Shown here piece after piece: positions 23,852 through 33,096 of a stretch of 64,000 bases of DNA; within the stretch, counting starts at the first letter, position 1; each line of letters opens with the position of its first letter. A program made the translations under genes and the position numbers. The notes under the pieces were generated by a model that saw only the letters and a list, made by a program, of their open reading frames with translations, was not told the DNA's origin and ran no database searches. This stretch comes from Candidatus Eiseniibacteriota bacterium (lineage in GTDB: Bacteria > Eisenbacteria > RBG-16-71-46). The stretch covers positions 96,001 through 160,000 of the forward strand of contig CAVZLN010000003.1 in NCBI GenBank assembly GCA_963776245.1. The letters are read 5' to 3'.

Positions 23852-23911
23852 CGCAACCTTTCGAGCGCTCCACGCGCTCCGTGGGACGGCACACCCTCGA
23901 GCGGGCGTTTC

Positions 23912-23941
23912 TTGACGCCCTTCGCGGGCGCTACGTAGACT
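23912..23941 (+). promoter_or_regulatory. sigma70-like promoter
   Basis: TTGACG-N18-TAGACT, about 50 nt upstream of ATG 23991. Confidence 0.45.
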
Positions 23942-23990
23942 CGTACGCTCATCCACCTTCCCATCCCCCTGGTTCGGCCCCGGAGATCCC

Positions 23991-25781
23991 ATGCACCCTC
24001 GCCTCCGCCTCATCCCCGTCCTCGGACTCGCTCTCGGCGTCGTGGTCTCCGCCAGCGGGCGGGCGGCCCCTCCGGGCGGGATCGCCCCGCGGACCGAGAG
24101 CGACCCGCAGGTCATCTCGAGCGCCGCGCCCCGGGAGGGAGCGCCGCTGGCCGACACCGTGACGCTGGCCCGCGTGGGCGATCGGATCACGCGCGTGCGC
24201 GATTTCACGTTCTACTGGTTCAACGCCTGGCCGCCGGATCTCCCCGAGCCGGACAGCGCGGGCCGCGCCGAGTTCCTCGCCAGCATCGTGAGCCGTGACC
24301 TGATGGCCCTCGAGGCCGCGCGGCTGGGTATCCCGGTCACCTTCGAGGACCGGCTGGCGATCCGCGAATATCGGCAGCGCATGCTCGGCAACATCCTCTA
24401 CCGCCGCGTGGTGGTGGATTCGGTGCGGGTCTCGCGAGGAGGACGTCAAGCGGCACTGGGAGTCCTTCCGCTACGAGGTGCGCGCCAGCCACATCCTGTT
24501 CCGCGACGAGGAAACTGCGCAGCAGGTGCGCGCCGACCTGCTGGCGCACAGCTGACGTGGGAAGAGGCGGTCACCCGGTACTCGCTCGACGACTCGACCC
24601 GCGCCGACGCGGGAAGCCTCGGCTGGCTCACCTACGGCGCGCGTCGGCACGAGCATCGCGATCGACATCTTCCCGCTCGACGCCGGGGACGCTTTCGCCG
24701 GTGTTCCGGGACGACGATGGCTTCCACATCGCGCGCGTGGACGGAGCGCCGGCCGGCACGTGCTCCCGACTTCAACTCGACCCGCGCGCTGGTCCGCATG
24801 TACCTCGAGCAGCACCAGACCGCCGTGCGTCTCGACGCGCTGCACGACGTGATGCGGCGGCGCATCCATCTCACCTACGACGACGCCAACTGCGCGTGGG
24901 CGAGGCGCCAGTTCGTCAGAGTCTTCGAGGTCACCCGCGGCGCGCTCGGCACCCAACTGGCGTTCAACGACATCGTCCCGGAGTTCCTGCCGGAGGACAC
25001 CTCCCGGGTGCTCGCGCGCTTCGATGGCGGCACGCTCTCGCTCGGGCAGTTCGTGACGAAGTACTCGGAGGTGCAGACCGACGGCGCGGCCGGATGTCTC
25101 GTCGCCGGGGCTGTTCCGGCGCGCCGTCGACAGCTTCATCCTCGAGCCCGCGATGGCCGAGGAGGCGCTGCTGCGCGGCCTCGAGAACGATCCGGTCTCG
25201 GTGAAGCACCTGCGCATCAAGCACGAGGAACTCGCGGTCGGCATCTCTACCAGGATTCGGTCTCGCGCAGGTCTCGCTGACGCCGAAGGAGCGGCGGAAG
25301 TTCTACGAGAAGAACCTGGACGGCCTACATCACGTTCCCATCGGTGCGCTACGCCTGTTCGGGCTGCAAGGAACAGGCGGCTCGCCGACACGCTCGCGGC
25401 GGCGCTGAGGGCCGGCGAGTCGGCCGAGCGCGTCATCGCCGACTCCCTCTACGGCTGGTCGGTGGGCTCGGTGCAGCGCGGCGCCAGAGCGAGCGCGGGG
25501 CGTGTACAAGCTGTCTGTTCGAGACCCTGCGACCGGGGCAGGTCGAGGTGCAGGGGCCGAACAAGGACGGGGGCTGGGCGGTGGTGCAGTCGCTCAGTTA
25601 CGACCCGGGCCGCCAGCTCAGCTACGAGGAGGCCGCCAACTACGTGGACGAGAACCTGCAGAAGATCCGCGGCGAGGAGCAGCTGGCGGCGTTCTCCAAG
25701 CGGCTGATGAAGCGCTATCCGACCTGGAGCCACCCCGAGCTCGTGATGCGCATCCGACTGGTGGACCCGGAGCAATTCTAG
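23991..25781 (+). CDS. SurA/PpiC-like PPIase (several frameshifts)
   Basis: Signal peptide; YEVRASHILF in an alternate frame, WEEAVTRYSLD..AGSLGW, SPVFRDDDGFHI, LSYEEA. Confidence 0.7.
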
Positions 25782-25833
25782 GCGCCGCCGGAGCGCCCCG
25801 CTCGCGGCGCCGGCGCCGACCGCGCGGCCCGCG

Positions 25834-26580
25834 CTAGCGCGTGATCGGCCGCGGAGACCACGGCTTTACCCGGGCCCCGCTCCACGCGGCGCAGACGCCA
25901 TCCACCGGCGCGTGGAGTCCGACGAAGCGCTCGCCGCGGGTCACGGTGGGCTCGTAGGCCAGGCTCCACGCCAGCGTCCCGGTGACCCACTCGACGCACA
26001 GCGGCTGCGCACACGCCGCGTCCCGCGGTGGCGGACGGTGCACCAGCACCGTCGCGAGCACGTACGTCTGGCCCGCCCGCACCGGCGTCGCCGCGGTGCT
26101 CGCCACCGCGAAGATCATCCGCAGCCGTGCCCCGCCCGGGACCAGGTCGCTCTTCTGGAGCCCGATCCCGGGGACCGGGAACGGGGTCGCCGCGCCCGCC
26201 ATGGAGTCCGGCGCGAAACGCGCCACGAATTGCCTGAGGTCGCCACCGCGCTGGGTCGCGCGCCAGTAGTCCGCGAGCGAGTCGGGCGCGGTCGGGCGGA
26301 ATCGCAGCTCGGCTTCGAACGCGTAGAGCGTGGGGGAATCCTGGCCCGGCACCATGCACAGGTAGAGCGTGTCGGTGGCGGCGGTGTCGCCGCACGCGCC
26401 CAGCAGTGAAGCGGTGGCGCGCGGTTGTCCCGGGGGCGCGTTCCACGACAGCGTCACGCGCGCGCCAGTGGTGTCGGGTCCCGCGCTGGCGCGTGCCACG
26501 GCGGCGCCCGCGATCAACATGGCGAAGACGAGGGCGGCCGCCTTAGCGGCCCGAACGGGCATGCAATAGGGTTCCGTCAT
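25834..26580 (-). CDS. Secreted protein, divergent relative of the neighbouring family, lacking the canonical tail
   Basis: ATGA overlap; signal peptide; VTLSWN, ACGDT..DTLYL, LADYW; ends CAAWSGARVKPWSPRPITR. Confidence 0.7.
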   Translation of the reverse strand: MTEPYCMPVRAAKAAALVFAMLIAGAAVARASAGPDTTGARVTLSWNAPPGQPRATASLLGACGDTAATDTLYLCMVPGQDSPTLYAFEAELRFRPTAPDSLADYWRATQRGGDLRQFVARFAPDSMAGAATPFPVPGIGLQKSDLVPGGARLRMIFAVASTAATPVRAGQTYVLATVLVHRPPPRDAACAQPLCVEWVTGTLAWSLAYEPTVTRGERFVGLHAPVDGVCAAWSGARVKPWSPRPITR

Positions 26581-27356
26581 CGGTAGAGCACCTTGATCCG
26601 TCCCCAACTGGAGGGCCGGGCCGGGACCGTGAGACAGTCCGCGCCCACACCGCCCTGCCAGGTCGCGAAATTCTCGTGGGCGCCGCCGTCCCCCGAGATC
26701 AGCACGTCGGCGGCGCCGGGCAGGCGCCGCAGCCACATCGAATTCAGCACCAGGCATGCTGGAACCTCGCAATCCGCGCAGTTCCCCATCCGAGCGATGC
26801 CGAGATCGAATTGTATCGCATTGTAGGGAATTCCGGCTTCGAACGCACGCGCTTGCGTCGAGGCCACGGTCGCGACCGCACGGATGCGCAGCATGGAGGC
26901 GAGTCCGCGCGGCTGCCCCGGGATGGCATCCACGATGATGGCGCTCCCCAGACCGTTCCATGCATCCGCGCATGCTCCCGGCGCCGGGAAGGACGGCACC
27001 AGGCCGCCTTGGTTGCACCCGCCGGCGCCCAGTTGCCAGAAGGCCGGCAACGGCGACGCCGCGCTCTGCAGATCGAGCACGAATTCGGCGCCGATCACGC
27101 TGTCGATCGGCGCCGCGAGCTGGAACGAGCACACCAGGTAGCGGTGCGCCGATATGTCCGCGCATCCCTGCACCGCGTCCGCCGTGCCGCCCTCGACGCG
27201 GCATCCGTCCCAGGCCAGCATCAGGCGGTCGGCGGCGCGCGCACTCGCGCAGGTGCCGCACCCGACCGCCAGCGCCAGCACCCATGTCACTCCGACACCA
27301 CGAGGCACCCACGCGCGAGCGGGGTGCCTCGTGGATGCCGAATGCGGCTTCGACAC
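26577..27356 (-). CDS. Secreted Cys-containing protein with SWG-K-LYR tail (start uncertain)
   Basis: GTG overlapping the upstream TAG; LAWDGC, FWQLGAGGC, CADC; ends CLTVPARPSSWGRIKVLYR. Confidence 0.82.
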   Translation of the reverse strand: MSKPHSASTRHPARAWVPRGVGVTWVLALAVGCGTCASARAADRLMLAWDGCRVEGGTADAVQGCADISAHRYLVCSFQLAAPIDSVIGAEFVLDLQSAASPLPAFWQLGAGGCNQGGLVPSFPAPGACADAWNGLGSAIIVDAIPGQPRGLASMLRIRAVATVASTQARAFEAGIPYNAIQFDLGIARMGNCADCEVPACLVLNSMWLRRLPGAADVLISGDGGAHENFATWQGGVGADCLTVPARPSSWGRIKVLYR

Positions 27357-28141
27357 TAGCGGTAGAGGCTCTTGATCTGACCCCAGGTCCGGCTGCGCAC
27401 CGGAACCGTGGCGCAATCCGCCACGGTCTGGCCCGAGAGGAGTGCACTACCGGCGGACGCCGGGAGGTTGTACACCGGGTCGCCCCCAGGACTACCGGAC
27501 GGCTGGTTGAGCTTGACCCACTTGAGCATCATGCACGCCTGCGCGTCGCAGCCCGCGCAGGAACCCGTGCCGGTGCTCTTGGTCTTGTTCATCACCAGCG
27601 AGTAGAGGAAGATCTCGTCGCCCACGTTCGGGGGCGGGGTGAGCAGCGCGAGGTCGTAATCCACGGCCGAGACGAAGCGCATGCGGACGCGGTTGCCGTC
27701 GATCTCGCCATTCGGGTCGCCGATCGCGGGATCCGGGCCGATCTGGTAGGAGTTGACACCCAGCACCGTGCTGACGCCGCCGAAGTAGTCGATGCACGAG
27801 TACAGGCCGCCGTTGTACCCCACGGCCAGCGCGTTGGAGGCGCGGCAGGTCCCGCCCAACTTCCACCATTCGGGCACCAGGGTCGCGAACGCGAACTCGA
27901 CCATGCTTTCCTCGGCCACCAGCGTGGTGAGCGAACCCGCAGCATTGATCACCACGGACGCGACGGCGGTGAAGGCGGCGCCGCCGTTGGACGTGCAGGT
28001 CCAGGTCGCGAGTTGGGCGCCACCGCAATCGGTGGAGGCCAGCTTCAAGCCCGGAACGTCCACCGCCTGCGCCGGCGACACCATCGAGATGCTCGCCAGC
28101 ATGCTACCGAAGACCACCAACACGAGAAGCAGTCGCTTCAT
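27356..28141 (-). CDS. Secreted Cys-containing protein with TWG-K-LYR tail (paralog A)
   Basis: GGAGGT RBS, signal peptide MKRLLLVLVV..AQA; ends CATVPVRSRTWGQIKSLYR. Confidence 0.9.
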   Translation of the reverse strand: MKRLLLVLVVFGSMLASISMVSPAQAVDVPGLKLASTDCGGAQLATWTCTSNGGAAFTAVASVVINAAGSLTTLVAEESMVEFAFATLVPEWWKLGGTCRASNALAVGYNGGLYSCIDYFGGVSTVLGVNSYQIGPDPAIGDPNGEIDGNRVRMRFVSAVDYDLALLTPPPNVGDEIFLYSLVMNKTKSTGTGSCAGCDAQACMMLKWVKLNQPSGSPGGDPVYNLPASAGSALLSGQTVADCATVPVRSRTWGQIKSLYR

Positions 28142-28339
28142 GATTCGGACCTCCCTTTCCCTAGAGTGACGGCATTCGGCACGAGCGCACCCGGCCGGAG
28201 AGATGGATGCTCACGCCGAGGTTGACCGCGAGGCTCTTGCCCGGTCCATGGATCGCGGCTGCATCCTAGCGTGTCATCGGCCGGGCGCAAGCGATAATCC
28301 AGTCGCCCGTGGGGGCGGCGCCAGCGGCCACAAGCGAAG

Positions 28340-28368
28340 CGGGGGGGCCGGCGACCGCCGCCCCCCCG
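28340..28368 (-). terminator. GC hairpin after paralog B, possible terminator or stabiliser
   Basis: cggggggg...cccccccg stem about 30 nt past the stop; weak U tract. Confidence 0.4.
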
Positions 28369-28399
28369 AACGCGTTCGTTGCAGAGACTTGACAGCGAC

Positions 28400-29167
28400 C
28401 TACCGGTACAGCGACTTGATCTGGCCCCAGCTGCTGCGGGTCGCAGGAGTGGACAGCGGGCAAGTCGGATCGATCGAACCGTTGAAGCACGTGTAACCGA
28501 CGTCGTTCACGTCGGGAAGGCCCATCACCGGGTCACCACCAGGAGTGCCCGACGGCTGGTTGAGCTTGACGTTCCTGAGCACCATCGCGACCTTGGCGTT
28601 GCAGCCCGCGCAGGCACCAACGCCGGCGCTCTTGGTCTTGTTCATCACCAGCGAGTACAGGAAGATCTCGTCGCCCATGGCCGGCGGCGGCGTGAGGAGC
28701 GCGAGGTCGTAATCCACGGCCGAGACGAAGCGCATACGGACACGCTTGTCGTCGATCGGGCCGTTCGGGTCGCCGACTCCGGGATCCGGGCCGATCTGGT
28801 ACGAGTTGACTCCCAGCACCGTGCTGACACCGCCGAAGTAGTCGATGCACGAGTACAGGCCACCGTTATACCCCACGGCCAGCGCGTTGGCGGCGCGGCA
28901 GCCACCGCCCAGCTTCCACCAGTCGGGCACCGGAACCTCGAACCCGATCTCGACCACACTCTCCTCGGCCACCAGCGTCACGACGCCAGCCGGAACGGTC
29001 GCCGAAGCGATCACCGTGAAGGCAGCGCCGCCGTTGGACGTGCAGGTCCAACTGAGCGTCGAGGCACCGCCGCAATCACCGACGGAAAGGTGGAGCCGCG
29101 ACTGAGCGTTGGCAATCGCCGCCGTCATCACGAGAAGGGCGCCACAGAAAAGGAAAACCTTCTTCAT
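28400..29167 (-). CDS. Secreted Cys-containing protein with SWG-K-LYR tail (paralog B)
   Basis: GGAGGT RBS, MKKVFLFCGALLVMTAAIANA; ends CPLSTPATRSSWGQIKSLYR. Confidence 0.9.
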   Translation of the reverse strand: MKKVFLFCGALLVMTAAIANAQSRLHLSVGDCGGASTLSWTCTSNGGAAFTVIASATVPAGVVTLVAEESVVEIGFEVPVPDWWKLGGGCRAANALAVGYNGGLYSCIDYFGGVSTVLGVNSYQIGPDPGVGDPNGPIDDKRVRMRFVSAVDYDLALLTPPPAMGDEIFLYSLVMNKTKSAGVGACAGCNAKVAMVLRNVKLNQPSGTPGGDPVMGLPDVNDVGYTCFNGSIDPTCPLSTPATRSSWGQIKSLYR

Positions 29168-29307
29168 TGGAACCTCCAGAATACGCAAGACTAGACAGGG
29201 GGACGATGCGCTACCGAGTTGCTCGATCGGTCTAGTCTCGATATCACCACCTTTCGATTCGATTCCTACATTCGAAGCAAGCGAGAAGCGGCTCTAGAAA
29301 TCCCCGA

Positions 29308-30020
29308 TCAAGGGCAGCCCGTATCGGTCGCGCTGGTCGAGCAGCCGCTAGCACAACCCAAGTAGGCAGACCCCAGATCGACAGGTCGGTGCCGGCGATC
29401 TCGCCCGAGAAGTCAAAGTCCGAACGGCCAGCGAACGGGGCGGGCGACGGGCCCTTGCGATTGAAATAGTCGGACGAGTAGAGCCCCAGGTCGAGGCCGT
29501 CGTACCCCAGCAGGCCGCTGAGGTCATACGAGGCGACCGTGTAGTTTCCGAAATCCACGCCATCCACCGTCATGTGGCAGCACAGGCCGCCCGTGATCGC
29601 CCCCGACGAAGTGGACCCGCCGAGGATGCGGAACGTCGCGAGGCCACCGGCGTCCGTCAGCGCGCTGACCTGCCCGGAGGACACGTCGTCGTCAGCCCGG
29701 GCCACGGCTGCGGATTCGCGATCCAGATGTCCGGCGCGCACGCCGAGAAGTCGAGCACGACGTTCGCGCCCCACACCGGGTTGCCGCCGATGTCGCGCAC
29801 GGTCACGGTGAACTGACTGCGGCTATCTACGCCGAGGGCCGTGCCCTGGCTGCTGAGCGCACCGAGGAAGGGCGCGGGGAGGCCGGGAGTATTGGCGCCC
29901 AGCTTGATGCCCAGCGGCTTGGTGGAAGTCGAGGAATTCGGCACGCTCGCCAGTCGCCGCCCCGGCGACGAGCAGGCCGCACACCGAGAGAAGCGTGGCC
30001 TTGCGAATCAAACCAGTCAT
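29308..30020 (-). CDS. Secreted protein with Ig-like domain and dockerin-like Ca-binding repeat (about 3 frameshifts)
   Basis: GGAGGT RBS; MTGLIRKATLLSVCGLLVAGAA; FTVTVRDIGGNPVWGANVVLDFSAC; TDAGGLATF; YDLSGLLGYDGLDL...SDFDFSGEIAGTDL; ends SAYLGCASGCSTSATDTGCP*. Stitched across frames. Confidence 0.7.
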
Positions 30021-30199
30021 TGTTGCACCTCCATAAGATGGTCACCCGGTTGCTAAAGAGAAGGCAAGGCTCAGCTGCAAGCAATCAGGTCTGGCTTCGA
30101 GCCACCTCCTTTCGAATCCTTACTTCCATTCCAAGAAAGACTTGTCGCCGCGAGGCGAAGATATCTGACGCTTTGGCAAGACGTTCCGCGACGTAAGAA

Positions 30200-30229
30200 A
30201 GTCTAGGAGTCACGTCCACGGCGTGTCAA
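30200..30229 (-). promoter_or_regulatory. Near-consensus sigma70 promoter for the secreted-protein cluster
   Basis: TTGACA-N18-TAGACT, followed by a ~170-nt AT-richer leader. Confidence 0.6.
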
Positions 30230-30357
30230 GTGGGTTTTTCGCGTCAAGCTCCTCTGTGCCTCGTGGTTGGCCGGCACCCCCCCGGCCCGGGCTTTCTCCC
30301 CGGCCGGCGGGCCTGCGACCGACCCCGGGCCAATCTGCCCGGAGCGCTGATCCACGG

Positions 30358-30434
30358 TGGTGGGCGAAACAGGGTTCGAACCTGTGACCCCTTGCTTGTA
30401 AGGCAAGTGCTCTGACCAGCTGAGCTATTCGCCC
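30358..30434 (-). tRNA. tRNA-Val(TAC)
   Basis: Cloverleaf GGGCGAA..CTTGC-CTTACAA-GCAAG..GTTCGAA..TTCGCCCACCA. Confidence 0.97.
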
Positions 30435-30679
30435 GCAGCCTCGGTCTTCCCGCGGACCAGGAGCGAGGCCGGGACGAGCACCACGTACCCGAGCACCAGG
30501 AGGATGGGGGCGGCAGTGATATCCCCCTTGGAAAGCAGGACATAGCCCACGGCCAGGACGGCGATCCCGATCCCCAGCAGGAGGGTGTTCAGCCCCCCCC
30601 AGCGGAATCCCGGGTCCACGGCGACCACCGGCTTCCTGACGTTCCGCGACCTCGTGACGCTGGGCTTGTTGGCGCTCAT
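30425..30679 (-). CDS. Small two-TM membrane protein (DUF3098-like)
   Basis: N.LLLGIGIAVLAVGYVLL..ITAAPILLVLGYVVLVP; GGAG upstream; stop lies inside tRNA-Val. Confidence 0.7.
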   Translation of the reverse strand: MSANKPSVTRSRNVRKPVVAVDPGFRWGGLNTLLLGIGIAVLAVGYVLLSKGDITAAPILLVLGYVVLVPASLLVRGKTEAAGE

Positions 30680-30873
30680 CTCGACTGCTCCCTGGCTTCC
30701 CGAATGGGAAAAGCCGACGGTTACGGGCTGGGCGAGCCAGTCCGAGACCGTCGGCTGTCCGGGGCGAGAGGCCCGGGGCACGAACGATCTCAGCGAGGAT
30801 CGCTTTGGGTGCCGCCGCCTCCGTGGGGCGTGCGTCTTCTACCCCAATCGGAGGCCGCGGGGTTCCCGCTTTC

Positions 30874-31765
30874 TCAGGCGGGCGGCTCGCCGCCCAGGTT
30901 ACGCCCCGGAAGGGGGTTCAGGCTGCCCGATCGGAACCCCTCCAGGTCCAGCGTGACGACGGTGAATCCCGCCCGCTTCAGCGCCTCGATCGCGCGCTCG
31001 CGCACCGGGCGCTCGAGCAGCCGCGGCAGGTCGGCGAGCGGGACCTCGATGCGCGCGGTGTCGCCGAAGTGGCGCACCCGGCATTCGCGGAAACCCAGCG
31101 CGTGCAGCGCCTGCTCGCCCGCCTCCACCATGGCCAGGCCCTCGGACGTGATCGCGGTGCCATGCGGGATCCGCGAGGCGAGGCAGGGCGAGGCCGGCTT
31201 GTCGTGGCTCGCGAGCCCGAAGTGCCGCGCCACGGCGCGCACCTCGGCCTTGGTGAACCCCAGTTCGGCCAGCGGCGAGCGCACCGCGCGCTCGGCCGCC
31301 GCGTGGCGGCCCGGACGGTAGTCGCGCGCGTCGTCGGCGATGGTGCCGTCGAGCACCGCGGCCGCGCCGTGGCGCGCGCGCACCTCGCCGAGGCGGCGGA
31401 ACAGCTCGTTCTTGCAGTGATAGCAGCGGTTCACGGGATTGCTCGCGAACGCCGGGTCGCTCAACTCGCCGGTGGTCACGATCTCCACCGCCGCGCCGAA
31501 CGAGGCGGCCTGCGTGAGGGCCGCCTCCAGTTCGCGCCGGGCGTAGGAGTCGGAACGCCCGATCACGCCCACCGCGCGGCCTCCGAGCACCTCGTGCGCC
31601 ACGCGCAGGAGCACGCTCGAGTCCACGCCGCCCGAATAGGCCACCACGCACGAGCCCAGCTCGTGCAGCACGTGACGCAAGCGCGCCAAGCTTCTCGGGC
31701 CATGGCAGGCCCTCGAGCGAGGTGTTCGCGGGTGCGCCGATCTGGATGAGGAGGTGGCCGGACAT
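30874..31765 (-). CDS. larE: LarE-family ATP-dependent sacrificial sulfur transferase (frameshift near 31688)
   Basis: PP-loop AYSGGVDS, NRCYHCK, DYRPG, KPASPCLASRIP, FRSGSLN. N-terminus MSGHLL..PEKL is in another frame. Confidence 0.88.
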
Positions 31766-31795
31766 GGGTGCGGCAGCGTATCACATGTGGGTGGC

Positions 31796-33096
31796 TCACG
31801 GCACCTGACGGCGCGCGCGGTGCGGGCGGCGCGCGCGGCGCGCCCGCCCGCTCCCGGCGCCAGCAGCCCGCCGCACCCGACGCACAGCAGCGGCAGCATC
31901 GGGAACAGATAGCGCACCCCCGCGTTGACCTGCGCGAGCATCGTCGCCCCGAGCACCACCACCGCCGGCACCAGCACGAATGCGTCGTTCCACCGGCGCC
32001 GCGCGCTCGCGCGGCGCGTGACCGACGTGCCGATCCGCAGCGCGATCAGCCCCAGCAGCCCGAGCGGCCACTTGAGCGCCAGCGCGACCGGGAAGTAGGA
32101 CCAGACCGGCCCGCGGCGCACCTCCCCGAAGAGATACGTGTCGCGCTCGCCCGGGGTGGCCAGCAGGGCGAGGTAGTCGAGTCCGGCGAGCGCGGCCTCG
32201 GGCACGGGCAGGCGCAGCCCCGGCAGGCGTTCGCGGAGCGCCTGGAAGGCGTGCGAGCGCACCGGCAACTCGCGCAGCGGACGCAGCGGGGCCTGGCCGA
32301 GGTAGGCGAGGTTGAGCGCGAGCAGCGACGTCAGGGGGAGCAGCGCGATGCCGGTCCACAGCCGGGCCGGACGGCGCACGCGTCCCAGCGCCGTCCCGAT
32401 CAGCGCGATCAGCACGAACGCCACGCCGAGCTGGTACGCGTTGAAGCGCGTGGCGAGCGTCAGCCCCAGCGCGAGCGCGGTCGCGGCGAACCAGCGCCAG
32501 CGCCCCGAGCGGGCGAAGCACCAGAACGCCGCCACCGAGGCGGTGGTGCCGAGCGCGAACGGCATGTCGATGCCCGCGAGCCCGGCGTGCGCGAGCGCCT
32601 CGGGCGCGAACGCGTACGCGGCGAGCGAGAGCAGGCCGCCACGCGGACCGTGCATCCGCGTCGCCAGGCGCCATACCAGCCAGGCGAGCAGCGCCGAGAA
32701 CAGGACGCCGACCGCGCGGGCGGCGAGATAGACGCGCGAATAGCGGTCCCGATTGAGCTCGGCGAAGGCGCGGCCGAGCGTGAACTCGTCGCCGGTGATC
32801 GCTGACCGCCCCGGCGCCCGGGCCCCCGCCGCGAGCGCCGCCGCGCCGTACAGCGCCTTGGCCGCGGGGGGCTGCGCCACCGAGCCGTTGAAGTTCCGAT
32901 GGACGACGATCGCCACGCCGGCCGGGACATGGAAGTTCTCGTCGAACGTGACCGAGTTGCGCAGTGCCCCCCACGACGCCAGCGCGACGTGCGCGGCGAT
33001 GAGCAGCAGCGCCCACGTCGTCAGTCGCGGGGGCACGGCGGGACGCGGGGCGCGACCCGCGGGCCCGGGCACGCGGCGCGCGGCCCCGCGTTTCAT
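31796..33096 (-). CDS. ArnT/PMT-like (GT-C) membrane glycosyltransferase (3' end uncertain)
   Basis: TFDENFH, QPPAAK, PEALAHAGL..D, YFPVALALKWP, NAGVRYLFP. Confidence 0.75.

Noticed and set aside
25834..30434. Genomic island integrated at tRNA-Val
   Set aside because: Lower GC, but I saw no integrase and no duplicated tRNA 3' end; high expression could explain the composition.
30874..33096. 740-aa glycosyltransferase-LarE fusion
   Set aside because: LarE has its own start at 31765 in another frame; the fusion is best explained by indels.
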